A stretch of DNA of 64,000 nucleotides, taken from the sequence record ON528735; one strand, written 5' to 3'. The DNA is from Shigella phage ESh25. Below, piece after piece: positions 37,731 to 49,582 of this stretch. The translations under genes and the position numbers were made by a program. Within the stretch, counting starts at the first letter, position 1; each line of letters starts with the position of its first letter. A model generated the notes under the pieces. The model had not been told where the DNA came from. It saw only the letters and a list, made by a program, of their open reading frames with translations, and ran no database searches.

Positions 37731-38249
37731 ATGAGCGCTGATTTAGGAGAATCCATGGAAGGTTCTTCTATCGACGTCACCTTTACCGCTCAATTAGAAA
37801 CAGGTGAAACGTTAGTATCTATAAATATAACTAGTTACGAAGAAACTCCTGGGGTTTTAGTAGAAGAAAATCGCTTATATGGAACATATGAATCTGTGTT
37901 TGGATTTGGAGATGACGCGTTGAAATATCGTTTAAGCGATGAATTTAAAACTGCTGCTTCATGGGAAGAACTTCCTACTGATTCTGATACTCAGTTGTAT
38001 TTATGGAAAGCTCCTCAAAACCTCCAGAAGACATTCACTTACGAAGTAACATTAATATATGACTACCAAGAACAAAGTGAATCTGGAGGTTCTGGCAGTA
38101 ATTCTAGGTCATCTTCTGATACTACTGAACCGACGGATCCTCCTGCTCCAGTAAGAAAAACTCTAGTTAAAAATTACACAAAAACTATAGTTGGAAATTG
38201 GAGTCGTTGGGCTAATAAATTAAGAAGCTATGTATATGAGAGGTCATAA
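37731..38249 (+). CDS. 5.1: gp5.1-like baseplate-associated protein (start uncertain, alternative ATG 37755)
   Basis: ORF directly after gene 5; GGAGAA Shine-Dalgarno before ATG 37755. Confidence 0.6.
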
Positions 38250-38543
38250 ATGTCAGGATTGAGTTATGATAAGTGTGTTACTGCTGGCCATGAAGCGTGG
38301 CCTCCAACAGTTGTGAATGCTACGCAAAGTAAAGTATTCACTGGAGGAATTGCTGTTCTAGTAGCAGGCGATCCAATTACAGAACATACAGAAATTAAAA
38401 AGCCATATGAAACACATGGCGGAGTGACACAACCTAGAACTTCTAAGGTATATGTCACTGGAAAGAAAGCTGTTCAAATGGCTGATCCAATATCATGCGG
38501 TGATACTGTGGCTCAGGCATCATCTAAAGTATTCATTAAATAG
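38250..38543 (+). CDS. 5.4: gp5.4, PAAR-repeat spike tip protein
   Basis: 97 aa, Cys/His-containing PAAR-like sequence; position as in T4. Confidence 0.85.
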
Positions 38544-38551
38544 GATTTAAA

Positions 38552-40534
38552 ATGGCAAATACCCCTGTAAATTATCAATTAACAAGAACAGCAAATGCTA
38601 TTCCCGAGATATTCGTCGGGGGTACGTTTGCTGAAATAAAACAAAACCTCATTGAATGGCTTAATGGCCAAAATGAATTTTTGGATTATGATTTTGAAGG
38701 CTCAAGATTAAACGTTCTGTGTGACCTTTTAGCTTATAATACATTGTACATTCAACAGTTTGGTAATGCTGCTGTGTATGAAAGCTTTATGCGTACTGCT
38801 AACTTACGAAGTTCAGTTGTTCAAGCTGCACAAGATAACGGATATTTACCTACTTCAAAATCCGCTGCGCAGACCGAAATTATGTTAACATGCACCGACG
38901 CATTGAATAGGAATTACATTACTATTCCTCGCGGAACTCGCTTTTTAGCATATGCAAAAGATACTTCTGTTAATCCATATAACTTCGTTTCTACCGAAGA
39001 CGTTATTGCTATTCGTGATAAAAATAACCAATATTTTCCGCGTTTAAAATTGGCCCAGGGACGTATAGTAAGAACTGAAATCATTTATGATAAATTAACA
39101 CCTATTATCATTTATGATAAAAATATTGATAGAAACCAGGTTAAATTATATGTTGATGGAGCGGAATGGATTAACTGGACGAGAAAGTCAATGGTTCATG
39201 CTGGTTCAACATCAACGATTTACTATATGCGTGAAACTATTGATGGAAACACTGAATTCTATTTTGGTGAAGGTGAAATTTCTGTTAATGCTTCTGAAGG
39301 AGCTTTAACTGCCAATTATATCGGAGGTCTTAAACCTACTCAGAACTCTACGATTGTTATTGAGTACATCAGTACTAATGGTGCTGACGCGAACGGAGCA
39401 GTCGGATTTTCATACGCAGATACATTAACAAATATAACTGTTATCAATATTAATGAAAATCCAAACGATGACCCAGATTTTGTTGGGGCAGATGGAGGCG
39501 GTGATCCAGAAGATATTGAGCGTATTCGCGAATTGGGTACTATTAAACGCGAAACCCAGCAACGATGCGTAACTGCGACTGATTATGATACATTCGTTTC
39601 AGAGAGATTCGGTTCTATTATTCAGGCGGTTCAGACTTTCACTGATTCTACTAAACCTGGTTATGCATTTATTGCTGCTAAACCTAAATCAGGACTATAT
39701 TTAACTACTGTACAACGCGAAGATATTAAAAATTATCTCAAAGATTATAATTTAGCTCCTATTACACCATCAATTATTTCTCCTAATTATCTTTTTGTTA
39801 AGACTAATTTAAAAGTCACATATGCTTTAAATAAGCTGCAAGAATCAGAACAGTGGCTAGAAGGTCAAATAATTGATAAAATTGATCGTTATTATACCGA
39901 AGATGTAGAAATTTTTAACTCATCTTTCGCTAAGTCTAAGATGTTAACTTATGTAGATGATGCAGATCATTCTATCATTGGTTCATCAGCGACTATTCAA
40001 ATGGTTCGTGAAGTACAAAACTTCTATAAAACGCCTGAAGCTGGTATTAAATACAATAATCAAATAAAAGACCGTTCTATGGAATCTAATACGTTTTCAT
40101 TTAATTCTGGACGAAAAGTTGTAAATCCTGATACTGGTTTAGAAGAAGATGTATTATATGACGTTCGCATAGTATCAACAGACCGAGATTCTAAAGGAAT
40201 TGGTAAAGTTATTATTGGTCCATTTGCTTCTGGCGATGTTACAGAAAATGAAAACATTCAGCCATATACAGGCAATGATTTTAATAAATTAGCAAATTCT
40301 GATGGACGCGACAAATACTATGTTATCGGTGAAATAAATTATCCAGCTGATGTGATTTATTGGAATATCGCTAAAATTAATTTAACATCTGAAAAATTTG
40401 AAGTTCAGACTATTGAATTATATTCTGACCCAACCGATGATGTTATCTTTACTCGCGATGGTTCACTGATTGTATTTGAAAATGACTTACGTCCACAATA
40501 CTTAACTATCGATTTGGAGCCTATACCACAATGA
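38552..40534 (+). CDS. 6: gp6, baseplate wedge protein
   Basis: 660 aa; T4 gene order and size. Confidence 0.93.
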   Translation: MANTPVNYQLTRTANAIPEIFVGGTFAEIKQNLIEWLNGQNEFLDYDFEGSRLNVLCDLLAYNTLYIQQFGNAAVYESFMRTANLRSSVVQAAQDNGYLPTSKSAAQTEIMLTCTDALNRNYITIPRGTRFLAYAKDTSVNPYNFVSTEDVIAIRDKNNQYFPRLKLAQGRIVRTEIIYDKLTPIIIYDKNIDRNQVKLYVDGAEWINWTRKSMVHAGSTSTIYYMRETIDGNTEFYFGEGEISVNASEGALTANYIGGLKPTQNSTIVIEYISTNGADANGAVGFSYADTLTNITVININENPNDDPDFVGADGGGDPEDIERIRELGTIKRETQQRCVTATDYDTFVSERFGSIIQAVQTFTDSTKPGYAFIAAKPKSGLYLTTVQREDIKNYLKDYNLAPITPSIISPNYLFVKTNLKVTYALNKLQESEQWLEGQIIDKIDRYYTEDVEIFNSSFAKSKMLTYVDDADHSIIGSSATIQMVREVQNFYKTPEAGIKYNNQIKDRSMESNTFSFNSGRKVVNPDTGLEEDVLYDVRIVSTDRDSKGIGKVIIGPFASGDVTENENIQPYTGNDFNKLANSDGRDKYYVIGEINYPADVIYWNIAKINLTSEKFEVQTIELYSDPTDDVIFTRDGSLIVFENDLRPQYLTIDLEPIPQ

Positions 40535-43500
40535 CAGTAAAAGCACCTTCAGTCACTAGTCTCAGAATTTCCAAGTTATCCGCAAATCAGGTGCAAGTAC
40601 GCTGGGATGACGTTGGTGCTAATTTCTACTATTTTGTAGAAATCGCTGAGACAAAAACAAACTCGGGGGAAAATCTCCCGAGTAATCAATACAGATGGAT
40701 TAACTTAGGATATACTGCAAATAACAGCTTCTTTTTTGATGATGCTGACCCGTTGACATCATACATTATCAGAGTAGCTACGGCGGCTCAAGATTTTGAG
40801 CAGTCTGACTGGATTTATACCGAAGAGTTTGAAACTTTTGCTACGAATGCTTACACATTTCAAAATATGATTGAAATGCAATTAGCTAATAAATTCATTC
40901 AGGAAAAGTTCACTCTTAATAATTCTGATTATGTTAATTTTAATAATGACACCATAATGGCTGCATTGATGAATGAATCATTTCAGTTCAGCCCATCGTA
41001 TGCTGATGTCTCATCAATTAGTAATTTTATTATTGGTGAAAACGAGTATCATGAAATACAAGGTTCTATTCAGCAAGTATGTAAGGATATTAACCGAGTT
41101 TATTTGATGGAATCAGAAGGGATTCTATATCTTTTTGAGCGTTATCAACCCGTAGTTAAAGTATCAAATGATAAAGGACAAACTTGGAAAGCTGTAAAGC
41201 TCTTCAATGACCGTGTAGGATATCCTTTATCTAAGACTGTATATTACCAATCTGCGAACACTACATACGTTCTAGGATACGACAAGATTTTCTATGGCCG
41301 TAAATCGACTGACGTTAGATGGTCAGCAGATGATGTCAGATTCAGTTCACAGGATATAACATTTGCTAAATTAGGAGACCAACTTCATTTAGGATTCAAT
41401 GTTGAAATCTTCGCTACTTATGCTACTTTACCAGCGAATGTATACCGTATAGCTGAGGCTATTACTTGCACGGATGATTATATCTATGTTGTTGCCAGAG
41501 ATAAAGTTAGATACATAAAAACGAGTAATGCACCCATAGATTCTGATCCATTATCTCCAACATATTCGGAAAGACTTTTTGAACCTGACACAATGACTAT
41601 AACCGGAAATCCTAAAGCAGTATGCTATAAAATGGATTCTGTTGGTGATAAAGTTTTTGCTCTTATTATTGGTGAAGTTGAAACATTAAATGCCAATCCG
41701 AGAACATCAAAAATAATTGATTCTGCTGATAAAGGAATATATGTTTTAAACCATGATACGAAAACGTGGAAAAGAGTTTTTGGTAATACTGAAGAAGAAA
41801 GAAGACGTATTCAACCTGGATATGCGAATATGTCAACTGACGGTAAATTAGTTTCTCTGTCTTCGAGTAATTTTAAATTTTTAAGCGATAACGTTGTTAA
41901 TGACCCTGAAACTGCAGCAAAATATCAGTTAATTGGTGCTGTTAAATATGAATTTCCTCGTGAATGGTTAGCTGATAAGCATTATCATATGATGGCATTT
42001 ATAGCAGATGAAAAATCTGATTGGGAAACTTTTACGCCTCAGCCGATGAAATACTATGCAGAACCATTCTTTAACTGGTCTAAAAAATCTAACACGCGCT
42101 GTTGGATAAACAACTCTGATAGAGCTGTAGTAGTTTATGCTGATTTAAAATACACCAAAGTTATAGAAAATATTCCGGAAACATCACCAGATAGATTAGT
42201 TCATGAATACTGGGATGATGGTGATTGTACGATAGTAATGCCAAATGTTAAATTCACGGGATTTAAAAAATACGCGTCTGGGATGCTTTTTTATAAGTCT
42301 TCTGGTGAAATAATTTCTTACTATGATTTTAACTATCGAGTGAGAGACACGGTTGAAATAATTTGGAAGCCAACTGGAATATTTTTAAAAGCATTTTTAC
42401 AAAACCAAGAGCGCGAAACTCCTTGGTCTCCGGAAGAAGAGCATGGATTAGCTGATCCTGATTTAAGACCATTGATTGGCACAATGATGCCTGATTCTTA
42501 TTTGCTACAGGATTCTAATTTTGAGGCATTCTGCGAAGCATATATTCAGTATCTTTCTGATGGATATGGAACTCAGTATAATAATTTACGAAATTTAATT
42601 CGTAACCAATATCCGCGAGAAGAGCACGCGTGGGAATATTTGTGGTCAGAGATATATAAAAGAAACATTTATTTAAATGCTGATAAACGTGATGCTGTTA
42701 CAAGATTTTTTGAATCACGTAGCTATGATTTTTATTCTACTAAAGGAATTGAAGCATCATACAAATTTCTTTTTAAAGTTCTTTATAATGAAGAAGTTGA
42801 AATTGAAATTGAATCTGGAGCTGGTACTGAATATGATATAATCGTTCAATCTGATTCTTTGACCGAAGACTTAGTAGGACAAACGATTTATACAGCTACA
42901 GGAAGATGTAATGTTACTTATATAGAAAGAAGCTATTCTAATGGTAAATTGCAATGGACCGTAACTATTCATAATCTTTTGGGAAGATTAATTGCCGGTC
43001 AAGAAGTTAAAGCAGAAAGACTCCCTAGTTTCGAAGGCGAAATTATTCGCGGGGTTAAAGGAAAGGATTTGCTTCAAAATAATATAGACTATATTAATAG
43101 AAGTAGATCATATTATGTAATGAAAATTAAATCCAATTTACCTTCTTCCCGCTGGAAATCTGACGTTATTCGTTTTGTTCATCCAGTAGGATTTGGATTT
43201 ATAGCAATTACCCTTTTAACGATGTTTATTAATGTTGGTTTAACTCTTAAACACACAGAGACTATAATTAATAAATACAAAAACTACAAATGGGATTCTG
43301 GATTGCCTACTGAATATGCTGATAGAGTAGCTAAATTAACTCCAACTGGCGAAATTGAACATGATTCAGTAACAGGAGAAGCAATTTATGAACCTGGCCC
43401 AATGGCTGGTGTAAAATATCCTCTTCCTGATGACTATAATGCTGAAAATAGTAATTCAATATTTCAAGGTCAATTGCCTTCTGAACGACGCAAGTTAATG

Positions 43501-43629
43501 AGTCCTCTATTTGACGCATCTGGAACAACATTTGCACAGTTTAGGGATTTAGTTAATAAACGTCTAAAAGATAATATAGGAAATCCAAGAGACCCTGAAA
43601 ATCCAACACAGGTTAAAATAGATGAATGA
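40531..43629 (+). CDS. 7: gp7, baseplate wedge initiator
   Basis: 1032 aa; T4 gene order and size. Confidence 0.93.
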   Translation: MTVKAPSVTSLRISKLSANQVQVRWDDVGANFYYFVEIAETKTNSGENLPSNQYRWINLGYTANNSFFFDDADPLTSYIIRVATAAQDFEQSDWIYTEEFETFATNAYTFQNMIEMQLANKFIQEKFTLNNSDYVNFNNDTIMAALMNESFQFSPSYADVSSISNFIIGENEYHEIQGSIQQVCKDINRVYLMESEGILYLFERYQPVVKVSNDKGQTWKAVKLFNDRVGYPLSKTVYYQSANTTYVLGYDKIFYGRKSTDVRWSADDVRFSSQDITFAKLGDQLHLGFNVEIFATYATLPANVYRIAEAITCTDDYIYVVARDKVRYIKTSNAPIDSDPLSPTYSERLFEPDTMTITGNPKAVCYKMDSVGDKVFALIIGEVETLNANPRTSKIIDSADKGIYVLNHDTKTWKRVFGNTEEERRRIQPGYANMSTDGKLVSLSSSNFKFLSDNVVNDPETAAKYQLIGAVKYEFPREWLADKHYHMMAFIADEKSDWETFTPQPMKYYAEPFFNWSKKSNTRCWINNSDRAVVVYADLKYTKVIENIPETSPDRLVHEYWDDGDCTIVMPNVKFTGFKKYASGMLFYKSSGEIISYYDFNYRVRDTVEIIWKPTGIFLKAFLQNQERETPWSPEEEHGLADPDLRPLIGTMMPDSYLLQDSNFEAFCEAYIQYLSDGYGTQYNNLRNLIRNQYPREEHAWEYLWSEIYKRNIYLNADKRDAVTRFFESRSYDFYSTKGIEASYKFLFKVLYNEEVEIEIESGAGTEYDIIVQSDSLTEDLVGQTIYTATGRCNVTYIERSYSNGKLQWTVTIHNLLGRLIAGQEVKAERLPSFEGEIIRGVKGKDLLQNNIDYINRSRSYYVMKIKSNLPSSRWKSDVIRFVHPVGFGFIAITLLTMFINVGLTLKHTETIINKYKNYKWDSGLPTEYADRVAKLTPTGEIEHDSVTGEAIYEPGPMAGVKYPLPDDYNAENSNSIFQGQLPSERRKLMSPLFDASGTTFAQFRDLVNKRLKDNIGNPRDPENPTQVKIDE

Positions 43630-44626
43630 TTCAAGTGTTATCTATCGTGCGATAGTTACTTCAAAATTTAGAACAGAAAAAATGTTGAATTTTTATAATT
43701 CAATTGGGAGTGGTCCGGATAAAAACACTATCTTTATCACATTTGGAAGATCAGAACCGTGGTCATCAAATGAAAATGAGGTGGGCTTTGCTCCACCTTA
43801 TCCAACTGATTCTGTATTGGGTGTAACTGACATGTGGACTCATATGATGGGAACCGTAAAGGTTCTTCCATCTATGCTTGATGCGGTTATTCCTCGTAGA
43901 GATTGGGGAGATACTAGATATCCGGATCCATACACATTTAGAATTAACGATATTGTAGTGTGTAACTCAGCTCCTTACAATGCTACTGAATCAGGCGCAG
44001 GCTGGTTAGTATATCGTTGTTTAGATGTTCCTGATACTGGAATGTGTTCAATAACATCTTTAACTGATAAGGATGAATGCCTCAAATTAGGTGGAAAATG
44101 GACACCTTCTGTTAGGTCAATGACTCCGCCTGAAGGCCGAGGAGATGCTGAAGGAACAATTGAACCCGGAGACGGGTATGTGTGGGAATATCTTTTTGAG
44201 ATTCCGCCTGATGTATCTATAAATAGATGCACGAATGAATATATCGTGGTTCCTTGGCCTGAGGAATTAAAAGAAGACCCGACTAGATGGGGGTATGAAG
44301 ATAATCTCACTTGGCAACAAGATGATTTTGGATTAATTTACCGTGTTAAGGCAAATACTATCCGTTTTAAAGCATATTTAGATTCAGTTTATTTTCCTGA
44401 AGCTGCATTGCCGGGAAATAAAGGATTTAGACAAATATCAATAATTACGAATCCTCTTGAAGCTAAAGCTCATCCAAATGACCCAAACGTTAAAGCTGAA
44501 AAGGATTATTATGACCCAGAAGATTTAATGAGGCATTCGGGTGAAATGATTTATATGGAAAATAGGCCACCTATTATTATGGCAATGGATCAAACAGAAG
44601 AAATCAATATTCTGTTTACATTTTAA
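43622..44626 (+). CDS. 8: gp8, baseplate wedge protein
   Basis: 334 aa; T4 gene order and size. Confidence 0.93.
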   Translation: MNDSSVIYRAIVTSKFRTEKMLNFYNSIGSGPDKNTIFITFGRSEPWSSNENEVGFAPPYPTDSVLGVTDMWTHMMGTVKVLPSMLDAVIPRRDWGDTRYPDPYTFRINDIVVCNSAPYNATESGAGWLVYRCLDVPDTGMCSITSLTDKDECLKLGGKWTPSVRSMTPPEGRGDAEGTIEPGDGYVWEYLFEIPPDVSINRCTNEYIVVPWPEELKEDPTRWGYEDNLTWQQDDFGLIYRVKANTIRFKAYLDSVYFPEAALPGNKGFRQISIITNPLEAKAHPNDPNVKAEKDYYDPEDLMRHSGEMIYMENRPPIIMAMDQTEEINILFTF

Positions 44627-44631
44627 ATTAA

Positions 44632-44654
44632 GGGAGCCCATGGGCTCCCTTTTT
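44632..44654 (+). terminator. rho-independent terminator after gene 8
   Basis: Hairpin GGGAGCCCA/TGGGCTCCC followed by TTTTT. Confidence 0.6.
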
Positions 44655-44657
44655 CTT

Positions 44658-44665
44658 TATAAATA
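44658..44665 (+). promoter_or_regulatory. T4 late promoter (TATAAATA) for gene 9
   Basis: Exact TATAAATA 25 nt upstream of the gene 9 ATG. Confidence 0.6.
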
Positions 44666-44689
44666 CTATAAACTCATAAGGAAACCGCT

Positions 44690-45556
44690 ATGTTCATTCA
44701 AGAACCAAAGAAATTGATTGATACCGGCGAAATTGGTAACGCTTCTACTGGTGATATCTTATTCGACGGTGGTAATAAAATTAATAGTGATTTTAACGCA
44801 ATTTATAATGCGTTTGGCGATCAGCGTAAAATGGCAGTAGCAAATGGCACCGGAGCTGATGGTCAAATTATCCATGCTACTGGATATTATCAAAAACACT
44901 CTATTGCTGAGTATGCAACTCCAGTAAAAGTTGGCACTAGACATGATATTGATACCTCTACTGTAGGTGTTAAAGTTATCATTGAAAGAGGAGAACTTGG
45001 CGATTGTGTTGAATTCATTAATTCTAATGGATCAATATCAGTTACTAATCCTTTAACGATTCAGGCTATTGATTCAATTAAAGGTGTTTCAGGTAATTTG
45101 GTAGTAACTACTCCATATAGTAAAGTTACTTTACGCTGTATTTCATCTGATAATTCTACGTCGGTTTGGAATTATTCTATTGAAAGCATGTTTGGTCAAA
45201 AGGAATCACCAGTTGAAGGTACGTGGAATATTTCTACATCTGGATCAGTTGACATTCCATTGTTTCATCGCACTGAATATAACATGGCTAAATTGTTAGT
45301 TACATGCCAGTCAGCAGATGGAAGAAAAATTAAAACAGCAGAAATAAATATTCTTGTGGATATTGTTAATTCAGAGGTCATTTCTTCTGAATATGCTGTC
45401 ATGCGAGTTGGGAATGAAACCGAAGAAGACGAAATCGCTAATATTGCATTTAGTATTAAAGAAAATTATGTAACGGCGACTATAAGTTCTTCAACTGTCG
45501 GTATGAGAGCAGCAGTTAAAGTTATCGCTACGCAGAAAATCGGGGTGGCTCAATAA
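44690..45556 (+). CDS. 9: gp9, baseplate wedge / long tail fiber socket
   Basis: 288 aa; T4 gene order and size. Confidence 0.93.
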   Translation: MFIQEPKKLIDTGEIGNASTGDILFDGGNKINSDFNAIYNAFGDQRKMAVANGTGADGQIIHATGYYQKHSIAEYATPVKVGTRHDIDTSTVGVKVIIERGELGDCVEFINSNGSISVTNPLTIQAIDSIKGVSGNLVVTTPYSKVTLRCISSDNSTSVWNYSIESMFGQKESPVEGTWNISTSGSVDIPLFHRTEYNMAKLLVTCQSADGRKIKTAEINILVDIVNSEVISSEYAVMRVGNETEEDEIANIAFSIKENYVTATISSSTVGMRAAVKVIATQKIGVAQ

Positions 45557-47361
45557 TGAAACAAAATATTAATATCGGTAATGTTGTAGATGATGGTACC
45601 GGTGACTACCTGCGTAAAGGTGGTATAAAAATAAATGAAAACTTTGATGAGCTTTATTACGAGCTTGGTGACGGTGATGTTCCATATTCAGCTGGTGCCT
45701 GGAAAACTTATAATGCTTCATCAGGACAAACATTAGCAGCAGAATGGGGAAAATCATATGCCATTAACACTTCATCTGGAAGAGTAACTCTACAACTTCC
45801 TAAAGGAACAGTTAATGATTATAATAAAGTAATTAAAGCTAGGGATGTATTTGCAACATGGAATGTTAATCCAGTTACTCTAGTAGCCGCTTCTGGTGAT
45901 ACTATTAAAGGATCATCGTCATCAGTTGAAATTAATGTTCAATTTAGCGATTTAGAGTTAGTTTATTGTGCTCCAGGACGTTGGGAATATGTCAAAAACA
46001 AACAAATTGACAAAATTATTAGTTCAGATATTAGTAATGTAGCACGTAAAGAATTTTTAGTCGAAGTTCAAGGACAAACAGACTTTTTAGATGTTTTCCG
46101 TGGAACTAGCTATAATGTTAATAACATCCGAGTAAAACACCGCGGTAATGAATTATATTACGGCGATGTATTTAGTGAAAACAGTGACTTTGGCTCTCCT
46201 GGGGAAAATGAAGGAGAATTGATTCCTCTTGATGGATTTAATATTAGGTTAAGACAGCCTTGTAATATTGGTGACACTGTTCAAATTGAAACATTTATGG
46301 ATGGTGTATCACAGTGGAGAAGTTCATATACAAGACGCCAAATAAAAGTATTAGATTCAAAATTAACGTCAAAAACTTCTTTAGAAGGAAGTATTTACGT
46401 TACTGATTTATCAACAATGAAATCAATTCCATTCTCTGCATTTGGATTAATTCCTGGAGAACCTATTAATCCTAATTCTCTTGAAGTTCGTTTTAATGGA
46501 ATTTTACAACAACAAGCTGGAACAGCCGGATATCCTCTGTTTTTGTGTGAAGGTGCTAATTCAGATACGCAAGCAGGATGTATATCTCTTGGTGGTGAAT
46601 GGAAAGAATCGAATACAGATTATTCTATAGAATATGAAGATGGAAAACCTGTCAGTCTTTTATTTGATAGAAAATTTGAATCTGGCGATATAATCGTTAT
46701 AACATGGTTCAATAATGATTTAGGAACTCTTTTAGAAAAAGATGACATTATTGAATTAACTGATGACCGTTATGTTAGTAAAGGATCATCTACTGAAGTT
46801 ACTGGTGATGTAGCCTTAACAGATTTTGATAAAATCGGTTGGCCAAATGTTGAAAAAGTTGATTCTTATACTAGAACGTATAATTCAATATCATCTATTT
46901 TCGACAGCATTTATCCTGTTGGTTCAATTTATGAAAATGCTATAAACCCAAATAATCCGGTGACTTATATGGGATTTGGTTCATGGAAATTATTTGGTAA
47001 AGGGCAGGTTTTAGTAGGATGGAATGATGATGTTACGGATCCAAACTTTGCTTTAAACAATAATGATTTAGATTCTAGCGGAAATCCTTCACATACTGCC
47101 GGTGGAACAGTTGGAACAACAACAGTGACACTTGAGAATGCAAATCTTCCTGCGACTAAAACTGATGAAAGGGTTTTAATTGAAGATGAAAATGGATCAG
47201 TTATTATTGGAGGTTGTCAATATGACCCAGACGAAACTGGTCCTATATATACAAAATATCGTGAAGACTACGCAACAACAAACTCTTCACATACTCCTCC
47301 TGCTAATATTAGTAATATTCAACCGTCTATTACTGTATACCGTTGGATAAGGATTGCATAA
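45556..47361 (+). CDS. 10: gp10, baseplate wedge / short tail fiber attachment
   Basis: 601 aa; T4 gene order. Confidence 0.93.
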   Translation: MKQNINIGNVVDDGTGDYLRKGGIKINENFDELYYELGDGDVPYSAGAWKTYNASSGQTLAAEWGKSYAINTSSGRVTLQLPKGTVNDYNKVIKARDVFATWNVNPVTLVAASGDTIKGSSSSVEINVQFSDLELVYCAPGRWEYVKNKQIDKIISSDISNVARKEFLVEVQGQTDFLDVFRGTSYNVNNIRVKHRGNELYYGDVFSENSDFGSPGENEGELIPLDGFNIRLRQPCNIGDTVQIETFMDGVSQWRSSYTRRQIKVLDSKLTSKTSLEGSIYVTDLSTMKSIPFSAFGLIPGEPINPNSLEVRFNGILQQQAGTAGYPLFLCEGANSDTQAGCISLGGEWKESNTDYSIEYEDGKPVSLLFDRKFESGDIIVITWFNNDLGTLLEKDDIIELTDDRYVSKGSSTEVTGDVALTDFDKIGWPNVEKVDSYTRTYNSISSIFDSIYPVGSIYENAINPNNPVTYMGFGSWKLFGKGQVLVGWNDDVTDPNFALNNNDLDSSGNPSHTAGGTVGTTTVTLENANLPATKTDERVLIEDENGSVIIGGCQYDPDETGPIYTKYREDYATTNSSHTPPANISNIQPSITVYRWIRIA

Positions 47362-48020
47362 TGAGTTTACTTAATAATAAAGCGGGAGTTATTTCCCGCT
47401 TAGCAGATTTTCTTGGTTTTAGAACTAAGAAAAATGATATTTCGGTTATGAATAATCAGCCAGTAGGCGCTGTAACAATTTCACAAATAGCAAAAGGTTT
47501 TTATGACCCAAATGTAGAATCTGCTATCAATGATGTTAGAAATATGGCAGAGCAACAGGTTGGAGCTGTATTAGTTAATATAAGCGGCGTATCTCCTACT
47601 GGCGTGCAACAAACCGACTATTGGTCATTTGAAGGAACTGTTACTGATACTTCAGCCAAACCAGGTGACCCAGTTATTGTTAACATGTTTGGTATTCCAG
47701 TTAAAGCTACTAATGGAATGACTTCAATCGAATTTACCAGTGCCGTTAGAACAGCTCTACAGGAAATGGTTGCAAAATTTATTGCAATTGATTCATTTGA
47801 AGACCATCCTACCATAGGAAATAAAATACAAGTTAAGTATTTAGATAACCAAGAACATATCTTAGAACAATACTCTGATAAAGGAATTACTTTCAAACAA
47901 GAAATAATTTCTCCTTCTAAACCCGGATACGGAACTTGGCAATTATTAGGTGCGCAAACTGTTACGCTAGATAGTCACACACAACCTACGGTATTTTATT
48001 ATTTTGAGAGAATAGCATGA
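47361..48020 (+). CDS. 11: gp11, baseplate wedge / short tail fiber connector
   Basis: 219 aa from ATG 47361 (TAATG overlap with the gene 10 stop); recalled T4 N-terminus [17 protein letters not shown]. Confidence 0.9.
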   Translation: MSLLNNKAGVISRLADFLGFRTKKNDISVMNNQPVGAVTISQIAKGFYDPNVESAINDVRNMAEQQVGAVLVNISGVSPTGVQQTDYWSFEGTVTDTSAKPGDPVIVNMFGIPVKATNGMTSIEFTSAVRTALQEMVAKFIAIDSFEDHPTIGNKIQVKYLDNQEHILEQYSDKGITFKQEIISPSKPGYGTWQLLGAQTVTLDSHTQPTVFYYFERIA

Positions 48021-49573
48021 GTAACAATACATATCAGCACGTATCAAATGAATCAAAATATGTTAAATTCGATCCTACTGGATCGAATTTTCCTGACACT
48101 GTCACGACAGTGCAGTCTGCATTATCAAAAATAAGTAATATCGGCGTAAATGGTATTCCTGATGCAACTATGGAAGTTAAAGGAATAGCAATGATTGCGT
48201 CAGAGCAAGAGGTTTTAGATGGAACTAATAATTCTAAAATCGTTACACCAGCTACATTAGCAACAAGATTATTGTATCCAAATGCTACTGAAACTAAGTA
48301 TGGTTTAACGCGCTATTCAACAAATGAAGAAACATTAGAAGGCTCAGATAATAATTCATCAATAACGCCGCAAAAACTGAAATACCATACTGATGATGTG
48401 TTCCAAAATAGATATTCGTCTGAGTCGTCAAACGGGGTTATTAAAATATCATCAACACCTGCAGCTTTGGCTGGAGTTGATGATACTACGGCAATGACTC
48501 CATTAAAAACCCAAAAACTTGCAATAAAATTAATTTCACAAATAGCTCCTTCCGAAGATACTGCATCAGAATCTGTGAGAGGTGTAGTTCAATTATCTAC
48601 TGTTGCGCAAACTCGTCAAGGAACTCTCCGCGAAGGATATGCAATTTCTCCGTATACCTTTATGAATTCTGTTGCAACACAAGAATATAAGGGTGTTATA
48701 CGTTTAGGAACACAATCGGAAATTAACAGTAATTTAGGAGATGTTGCAGTAACAGGTGAAACACTAAATGGTCGAGGAGCTACTGGTTCTATGCGTGGGG
48801 TGGTAAAATTAACGACGCAAGCCGGTATTGCCCCTGAAGGTGATAGCTCTGGAGCATTAGCATGGAACGCAGATGTAATTAATACTCGTGGTGGACAAAC
48901 TATTAATGGTTCTTTAAATTTAGACCATCTTACAGCAAACGGAATTTGGTCGCGCGGCGGAATGTGGAAAAATGGCGATCAACCTGTTGCCACTGAAAGA
49001 TATGCGTCAGAAAGGGTTCCAGTTGGAACTATTATGATGTTTGCGGGAGATTCGGCACCTCCGGGTTGGATTATGTGCCACGGTGGAACAGTGTCAGGAG
49101 ATCAATATCCTGATTATAGAAACACAGTTGGAACAAGATTTGGTGGGGATTGGAATAATCCAGGGATTCCTGATATGCGAGGTCTTTTCGTCAGAGGAGC
49201 TGGCACAGGAGGTCATATTTTAAATCAACGAGGACAAGATGGTTACGGGAAGGATAGACTTGGTGTAGGATGTGACGGAATGCATGTCGGTGGTGTTCAG
49301 GCACAACAAATATCATACCATAAACATGCTGGTGCCTGGGGGGAAAATGGAAATAACAGAGGTTATGCACCGTTTGGCGCATCTAATGGCAATGGATATT
49401 TGGGCAATGGTAGAAGCGCCGACTGGGACAACCATTTGTTCTTTACTAATGACGGATTTGAAATGGGTGGTCCTCGTGACTCGTTCGGCACGTTAAATCG
49501 CGAAGGATTAATTGGTTATGAAACTAGACCATGGAATATATCATTAAACTATATTATTAAAATTCATTACTAA
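48017..49573 (+). CDS. 12: gp12, short tail fiber
   Basis: 518 aa; position and glycine-rich C-terminal receptor-binding region. Confidence 0.9.
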   Translation: MSNNTYQHVSNESKYVKFDPTGSNFPDTVTTVQSALSKISNIGVNGIPDATMEVKGIAMIASEQEVLDGTNNSKIVTPATLATRLLYPNATETKYGLTRYSTNEETLEGSDNNSSITPQKLKYHTDDVFQNRYSSESSNGVIKISSTPAALAGVDDTTAMTPLKTQKLAIKLISQIAPSEDTASESVRGVVQLSTVAQTRQGTLREGYAISPYTFMNSVATQEYKGVIRLGTQSEINSNLGDVAVTGETLNGRGATGSMRGVVKLTTQAGIAPEGDSSGALAWNADVINTRGGQTINGSLNLDHLTANGIWSRGGMWKNGDQPVATERYASERVPVGTIMMFAGDSAPPGWIMCHGGTVSGDQYPDYRNTVGTRFGGDWNNPGIPDMRGLFVRGAGTGGHILNQRGQDGYGKDRLGVGCDGMHVGGVQAQQISYHKHAGAWGENGNNRGYAPFGASNGNGYLGNGRSADWDNHLFFTNDGFEMGGPRDSFGTLNREGLIGYETRPWNISLNYIIKIHY

Positions 49574-49582
49574 GGATTACAA